Source of the DNA: an uncultured Alphaproteobacteria bacterium
GTDB taxonomy: Bacteria; Pseudomonadota; Alphaproteobacteria; RF32; CAG-239
Assembly: GCA_944393205.1 (NCBI GenBank)
Contig: CALXZI010000002.1
Coordinates: forward strand, 500 to 64,499
Direction: 5' to 3'
Length of the DNA stretch: 64,000 bases
Shown: positions 58,944 through 64,000 of the stretch, one piece after another
Layout of the letters: each line of letters starts with the position of its first letter
Numbering within the stretch: the first letter of the stretch is position 1
Notes under the pieces: generated by a model
The model's input: the letters and a program-made list of their open reading frames with translations, nothing else
The model's database searches: none
Told to the model about the DNA's origin: nothing
Made by a program: the position numbers and the translations under genes

Positions 58944-58988
58944 CATGGTAAATAACGTTGTTATATTTATATTATCTTTTCTTTGACG

Positions 58989-59594
58989 TCAACTGGTTTT
59001 TTGTGTTTTTTGCATAATTCTTTGATAACAAGCAAAAGCCTGATCATCACGGCAATATTTTTCCACTTCGGCAAACGTCAACCATTGTACGTCGGCGTTT
59101 TCATCTGTTTTTGCTTTTAAAGGCTGATTTTCATCAGCTTCAAACCAATAAGTCAGATTATAATGCAAATGATTTGGCACAAATTTTCCGTGTTTATAAT
59201 GTTCAGCCACGCTCAAAACCGCCAAATCAATGGGTGAGGGCGACAACAACCGGAAGTTTTGCAAAGAACTTTCTTCTTTGATTTCCCGAACAATAACTTC
59301 AAACAAATCCTGATTTCCGTCGGTATGACCGCCAAGCCAAGCCCAAAACTTATATAAATTATGAAATGCCATCAAAACTTTATTATGCTTTAGATTAACT
59401 ATCCACGCTGAAATTGTTATGTGGCCGATAAGATTGTCCCGAACATAAGCAAAACCGCCAAAAGCCTCAAGAAATTGCAAAAAGGAGAGGCGCCCAAACT
59501 CTTCTTTTTCATCAAAGGCGTTATAGGCAGATAAAAACGCTGATAATTCAGTAAAGTTATTTAATAAATTCTTTTGAGCTTTCATCAAAAACAA
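58989..59594 (-). CDS. NUDIX hydrolase
   Basis: Nudix box GGHTDGNQDLFEVIVREIKEESSL (GX5EX7REUXEEXGU). Confidence 0.8.
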   Translation of the reverse strand: MFLMKAQKNLLNNFTELSAFLSAYNAFDEKEEFGRLSFLQFLEAFGGFAYVRDNLIGHITISAWIVNLKHNKVLMAFHNLYKFWAWLGGHTDGNQDLFEVIVREIKEESSLQNFRLLSPSPIDLAVLSVAEHYKHGKFVPNHLHYNLTYWFEADENQPLKAKTDENADVQWLTFAEVEKYCRDDQAFACYQRIMQKTQKTS

Positions 59595-59932
59595 ACCTCA
59601 TATTTAAAACAACAAAAAAATATCCGGTAGATAATCAGGCGTCAAGTGAAAACGCCGCCAAAGTTAAAAGTTAATATTTTGACAAATGAGATTTTGCTAC
59701 CACAAGACATTGAATCAAATAAATAAATTCAAAAAAGGGCGTTTGTTGCACTATATAAATTTGTCGCATAATGTTTATTATGTATACAAATACAATCCAA
59801 GCCGAGTATACTTTATTGCCACATCATGTTTCGTCCTGATATTATTATCCGAATCATTCTGACATTATTATGTTTTAGCGCTCACGCCGAGCAAAATTCA
59901 TTTCAAGATGATTTTATACGCTCATCTCGTTT

Positions 59933-60865
59933 TTAACGTTCCAGAAATTTACGAAATTCAATCTTTGCAATTTTATAAAGCATCTTTCCGACATGACCGC
60001 GTTCCGGAATAATTATCAGTTTTGATTTCGGTAAACCTTTATGAAGCCGATACGCACCTTTGAGCGGACAAACAAAATCCAACCGGTTATGAACGATTAT
60101 TGTCGGAATATTTTTTATTTTTCCGACATTTTTAATGATTTCGTCATCTTTAAGCATAAAATTTTGCGCCGCATAATGCATATATATCCTATTGACAGTC
60201 AAATCCTCGTCTTCAACAACTGTCAGATTGTTCCATTTTGGCGACAAACTGCCACAAACACGCTCATACCAACCGTAATAATTGATAGCATCCAATTGTT
60301 TTTTCTTGCTTTTTGAGTTGATTTCTGCGTCAAAATAAGTTGGAATATCCATTTTCCCGGCTTTATTTTTGAGCGTTTCCACAAAATCCGGATAAAAATA
60401 CGAATTGCCTTCAAATTCCCAAAAACGTGCGTCTTTGTCGGCTAAAAATATTTGTGATAATAAAAGTTTTTCCACCATTTGCGGATGTTTTTCAGCAAAA
60501 AGCAAGGCCAACGTTGAGCCCCACGAAGCGCCGCGTAAAACAATTTTTTCTTTTATTTTCAGAAATTTAATAAGATTTTCTACATCTTTGAGTAAACTTT
60601 GCGTATCGTTATTTTTCAAACTTCCCATCGGCAGCGATTTGCCGCAGCCGCGTTGATCAAAAACAATCACCCGATATTTTCTTAAATCGGCAAATGCGGC
60701 ATGAGAAGCTTTGCCCGAACCGCCTGGGCCGCCATGGAACACCAACACAGGCTTTCCCTGTGGATTGCCAAACTCCATAAAAAACACTTGATGCCCTTCT
60801 CTTTCTGGTAAATATCCTTGATGAAAAGGTTTCGGTTCAAACCATTTTTTCCACCATTCTGTCAT
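59933..60865 (-). CDS. pip: proline iminopeptidase-like alpha/beta hydrolase (S33)
   Basis: VLVFHGGPGGSG, DQRGCGKS and nucleophile elbow GASWGS. Confidence 0.8.
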   Translation of the reverse strand: MTEWWKKWFEPKPFHQGYLPEREGHQVFFMEFGNPQGKPVLVFHGGPGGSGKASHAAFADLRKYRVIVFDQRGCGKSLPMGSLKNNDTQSLLKDVENLIKFLKIKEKIVLRGASWGSTLALLFAEKHPQMVEKLLLSQIFLADKDARFWEFEGNSYFYPDFVETLKNKAGKMDIPTYFDAEINSKSKKKQLDAINYYGWYERVCGSLSPKWNNLTVVEDEDLTVNRIYMHYAAQNFMLKDDEIIKNVGKIKNIPTIIVHNRLDFVCPLKGAYRLHKGLPKSKLIIIPERGHVGKMLYKIAKIEFRKFLER

Positions 60866-60893
60866 GTTCTTTCCTTAATTGTTTATAATTAAC

Positions 60894-62492
60894 TTAAACT
60901 GTTTTATCAAAGCCTTCCTGTGTCAAAGATGCCTTAATCAACGCTTGTGTATAAACTTCACGCGGGTGTTCAAAAATTTCTTCGGCGCGGTTGTTTTCCA
61001 CAATTTTTCCATCCTTCATGACCACAATGCTATCAGCAATCGCCTTAACGGCACGCATATCATGCGAGATAAACACATATGCCATACCGGATTTTTGTTG
61101 TAAGTTTTTTAAGAGCTCCAATATTTGCGCTTGCACAGTCACATCTAGCGCAGATGTCGGCTCATCCAACACAACGACTTCAGGATCAAGAATAAGAGCC
61201 CGAGCAATAGCTATTCGTTGTCGTTGTCCGCCCGAAAACTCATGCGGATATTTATACAAATCGGTAGCAGATAACCCAACCTCATTAAGCATTTCGGCCA
61301 CCTTGGTTTTAACCTCATCGTTTTTAAGGTTCGGAAAATGTACCCACAGCCCTTCCCCCACAATTTGCAGCACATTTAGGCGCGGATTAAGCGAATTGTA
61401 AGGATCCTGAAACACAATTTGCACATTTTGGCGAAAATCCTTATGATTATAAGCTTTGCGCCAAACAAATCGTCCCTCATACTTGATAAGATTTGCAAGA
61501 GCCATTCCTAAAGTGGTTTTGCCGGAACCGCTTTCTCCAACCACCCCCAACGTCTGACCGCGATAAATATTAAAAGACGCATGATTAACCGCATAAATAT
61601 TTTGTGTTACTCTGCCCAAAAATGTTTTCTTCAGCGGGTATGAGACCGTAACGTCTTGTGCCGAGACCAAAACATCATCATTGCTTTTATGACATTTTTT
61701 CAACGGGAAATATGATTTTATTAAAGATTTTGTATAATTCTTGCTCGGATGAGTAAATATGCTTTCAACCGCCCCTTGTTCTATAATTTTTCCTTGATAC
61801 ATCACCAATATCCTATCCGCAATGCGTCTGATTAAATGCAAATCGTGACTGATAAAAATGATAGACATATCAAGCTGTTTTTTTAATTCAGCCAACAAAG
61901 TAATGATTTGTTCTTGTATGGTAACATCCAAAGCCGTTGTCGGCTCATCGGCAATTAAAATTTCCGGATTGTTGGCAATTGCCATGGCAATCATCACACG
62001 TTGTCGTTGTCCGCCGGAAAGTTCAAATGGAAATGCCCGATAACGTCGTGCCGGATTTTTAATGCCAACCGTTTTTAACAGCCTTAAAGTTTTGTTTCGT
62101 GCTTTTTTAAGCGATAGTTTTTGATGAAAGCAAATTGTTTCGGCAATTTGATCACCGATACGGTGCAAAGGATTTAATGATGACATAGGCTCTTGAAACA
62201 CAAAACCGATTCTGCCGCCGCGCACAGTGCGTAAGGTTGCCGCATCCGCGCCGATAAGTTCCTCACCGTTTAACATAACCGATGCTTCTTTGTTATGAAA
62301 TGCTTTAGGATACGGCAACAATCCCAAAATAGATAAAGCCGTTACTGATTTTCCGGATCCGCTTTCTCCGACAATCCCCAACACTTCTTTGGATTTCAAA
62401 ACAAAAGAAACATCTTTGGCAGCGGTAAAAACCTCATTTCCATTTTTAAAACAAACCGATAGATTTTTAACTTCCAGCAAATTTTCCGTCAT
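60894..62492 (-). CDS. yejF: ABC transporter ATP-binding protein with duplicated NBDs (YejF-like peptide/microcin importer ATPase)
   Basis: Two Walker A sites (GESGSGKS twice), two LSGGQRQR signatures. Confidence 0.85.
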   Translation of the reverse strand: MTENLLEVKNLSVCFKNGNEVFTAAKDVSFVLKSKEVLGIVGESGSGKSVTALSILGLLPYPKAFHNKEASVMLNGEELIGADAATLRTVRGGRIGFVFQEPMSSLNPLHRIGDQIAETICFHQKLSLKKARNKTLRLLKTVGIKNPARRYRAFPFELSGGQRQRVMIAMAIANNPEILIADEPTTALDVTIQEQIITLLAELKKQLDMSIIFISHDLHLIRRIADRILVMYQGKIIEQGAVESIFTHPSKNYTKSLIKSYFPLKKCHKSNDDVLVSAQDVTVSYPLKKTFLGRVTQNIYAVNHASFNIYRGQTLGVVGESGSGKTTLGMALANLIKYEGRFVWRKAYNHKDFRQNVQIVFQDPYNSLNPRLNVLQIVGEGLWVHFPNLKNDEVKTKVAEMLNEVGLSATDLYKYPHEFSGGQRQRIAIARALILDPEVVVLDEPTSALDVTVQAQILELLKNLQQKSGMAYVFISHDMRAVKAIADSIVVMKDGKIVENNRAEEIFEHPREVYTQALIKASLTQEGFDKTV

Positions 62493-63505
62493 TTGTTTTT
62501 CCTCGTGTCAAAAGCATCACGCACGCCTTCACCGATAAAAATAAGCATAGTCAACAAGCCGGATAAGACAATAAAAACTGTTATTCCAATCCAAGGAGCC
62601 TGCAAATTATCCTTGCCCTGACGCACCAAATCGCCCAGAGACGGATATTCGCCAGATAAGCCCAAACCAAGAAAATCTAACGACGTCAAAGCAACAATAG
62701 ATTCAGAAAGAATAAACGGAATAAATGTGATACTTGTCACTAAAGCGTTGGGCAGAATATGGCGAAAAATAATTCTGAAATTGCCGACGCCTAAAGCTTT
62801 TGCCGCCGTGACATATTCAAAATTACGGGTTCGTAAAAACTCGGCGCGTACCATAGTGGTCAGTGATGTCCATGAAAACAACATCAAAATTACCAAAATC
62901 GTCCAAAACGTTGGCAGAAAAATGCTGGCAACAATAATCAAAATAAATAACTGTGGCAGAGATTCCCAAATTTCAATAAATCGTTGCAAAATGATATCGG
63001 TTTTACCACCAAAATATCCCTGAATCGCCCCCACCACAATTCCAACAACCGATGAAAATAACGTTAAAAGAAAAGCAAAAATAACCGACAATCGTATACC
63101 GTACAATATTCTGGCCACAATATCCCTGCCCTCATCATCAGTACCGAGCCAATGGCGTTTGTCGGGTGCAGACGGCGCCGGTGTATCTATTTCATAATCC
63201 ACCGTGTTATATGAAAACGGTATCGGCGGCATAATCATCCAGCCTGCACGATTAATATTTTGGACGATATAAGGATCTTTGTAATCTGCCGGCGTCGGAA
63301 AGTCGCCACCCCAAAACTCATCGGTATATGTTTTGAAAATCGGAAAATAAAACTCGTTGTTATATTTTACAAGTAATGGTTTATCATTGGCCAAAAATTC
63401 TGAAAACAACGAAACGACAAAAATGCTCAAAAAAAGCACAGACGCCGTTACCGCCCGATGGTTTTGGGCAAACGTTCTCCATCGTTTTTGCCAAATAGGA
63501 CTCAT
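62489..63505 (-). CDS. yejE: ABC transporter permease (YejE/OppC-like)
   Basis: Long N-terminal periplasmic extension with HWLGTDDEGRD, then an OppC-type EAA-loop permease core. 4-bp overlap with yejF. Confidence 0.8.
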   Translation of the reverse strand: MSPIWQKRWRTFAQNHRAVTASVLFLSIFVVSLFSEFLANDKPLLVKYNNEFYFPIFKTYTDEFWGGDFPTPADYKDPYIVQNINRAGWMIMPPIPFSYNTVDYEIDTPAPSAPDKRHWLGTDDEGRDIVARILYGIRLSVIFAFLLTLFSSVVGIVVGAIQGYFGGKTDIILQRFIEIWESLPQLFILIIVASIFLPTFWTILVILMLFSWTSLTTMVRAEFLRTRNFEYVTAAKALGVGNFRIIFRHILPNALVTSITFIPFILSESIVALTSLDFLGLGLSGEYPSLGDLVRQGKDNLQAPWIGITVFIVLSGLLTMLIFIGEGVRDAFDTRKNK

Positions 63506-64000
63506 GGAATATCCTTATTTTGCTGCAAGGTTTCATTTTGCAATTCCGGCGTGTCCGTTGTTTGTAACTTGGCCTGTTCGGCATCATGATCTTTTTTAAT
63601 AACATCTATCGGATCCAAAAGTTTCATATGATTAATTGCATACCAACTGGCATACCATGCATCAAAGCTTTTTATATTTTCCGAAACTTGCTCATCAGAC
63701 AAATCAAGTGCAGATAAACCGCTGACCAAACCACTTTTAAGACTTTTATGAATATTGATACCATCAAGCCCCGAGCAATTTTTGTCTTTATATAAATATT
63801 CCCGAATAATACTATCAGATTCGCAAATTTCATTATTAAACGATACTTTCTGATTAAGAGGCGATTTAACAGCCAATGTCACCAATTTGTCATAAATAAA
63901 ATCATCAATAAACTTATCATATGATTTGACCTGAAAATTATTAATGCTTGACATACCTTCCACAATAAGGACTGTTTTGTTAAGCAAGCCCTCTTCTTCC
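63502..64000 (-). CDS. hypothetical hydrophilic protein, partial (5' end beyond window)
   Basis: Reading frame stays open upstream to the window edge (codons EEEG precede the track's TTG). 4-bp overlap with yejE. Not permease-like, so not the expected yejB. Confidence 0.4.
   Translation of the reverse strand, partial: EEEGLLNKTVLIVEGMSSINNFQVKSYDKFIDDFIYDKLVTLAVKSPLNQKVSFNNEICESDSIIREYLYKDKNCSGLDGINIHKSLKSGLVSGLSALDLSDEQVSENIKSFDAWYASWYAINHMKLLDPIDVIKKDHDAEQAKLQTTDTPELQNETLQQNKDIP

Noticed and set aside
1-64000. CRISPR arrays, IS elements, integrases, rRNA, tmRNA, RNase P or 4.5S RNA
   Set aside because: No regularly spaced short direct repeats, transposase or integrase ORFs, or remembered conserved RNA motifs (e.g. 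tmRNA acceptor/tag region, SRP domain IV) were seen in the intergenic regions. Only two tRNAs were found.

Overview
This 64 kb window looks like chromosomal DNA from a low-GC, probably host-associated alphaproteobacterium. That placement is inference, based on an alphaproteobacterial-style L7/L12, a long sigma-70 with an acidic insert, lepB-rnc-era synteny, three M16 peptidases, ankyrin and pilin genes, and a possible Rickettsiales/Holosporales-like lineage. Most of the window is housekeeping: rplK-rplA / rplJ-rplL with leader and terminators, tRNA-Leu(GAG), corA, a TauE/SafE exporter, lspA, a tandem M16 peptidase pair, pgi, mutL, gyrA, a tight rmuC-murG-mnmA-mpg block, mtnN, a short MetK-like gene, a U32 peptidase, lepB-rnc-era, rpoD, gltX, argS, a nitroreductase, rnhA, a third M16 peptidase, elbB, a GT2 glycosyltransferase, tatD, tcdA, tRNA-Ser(GCU), a NUDIX hydrolase, a proline iminopeptidase and yejE-yejF. 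No CRISPR array, IS element or integrase is visible. Features that are not ordinary: (1) an AT-rich, island-like segment between mutL and gyrA carrying small orphan membrane proteins and a 1044-aa orphan protein with a Cys/His motif and a possible GNAT-like C-terminus, which is an effector or toxin candidate; (2) two dispersed type IV pilin-like paralogs with an unusual Arg at the predicted mature +1 position, each preceded by an identical 50-bp upstream block at the same distance from the start codon; (3) a HydF-like GTPase that has lost every Fe-S ligand, sitting after tatD-tcdA; (4) a MurG of the Bacilli/Staphylococcus type embedded in the rmuC-mnmA-mpg operon; (5) a DsbD-like 892-aa membrane protein whose C-terminal thioredoxin CxxC is SPLS; (6) an ankyrin-repeat probable lipoprotein with a textbook TTGACA-17-CATAAT promoter; (7) repeated tRNA-Ser 3'-end-plus-terminator fragments downstream of tRNA-Ser, consistent with scars of integration and excision; (8) a divergent short MetK and a divergent LDH/MDH-like gene; (9) an rplKAJL block detached from nusG and rpoBC. 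All product calls rest on remembered family motifs and need database confirmation.
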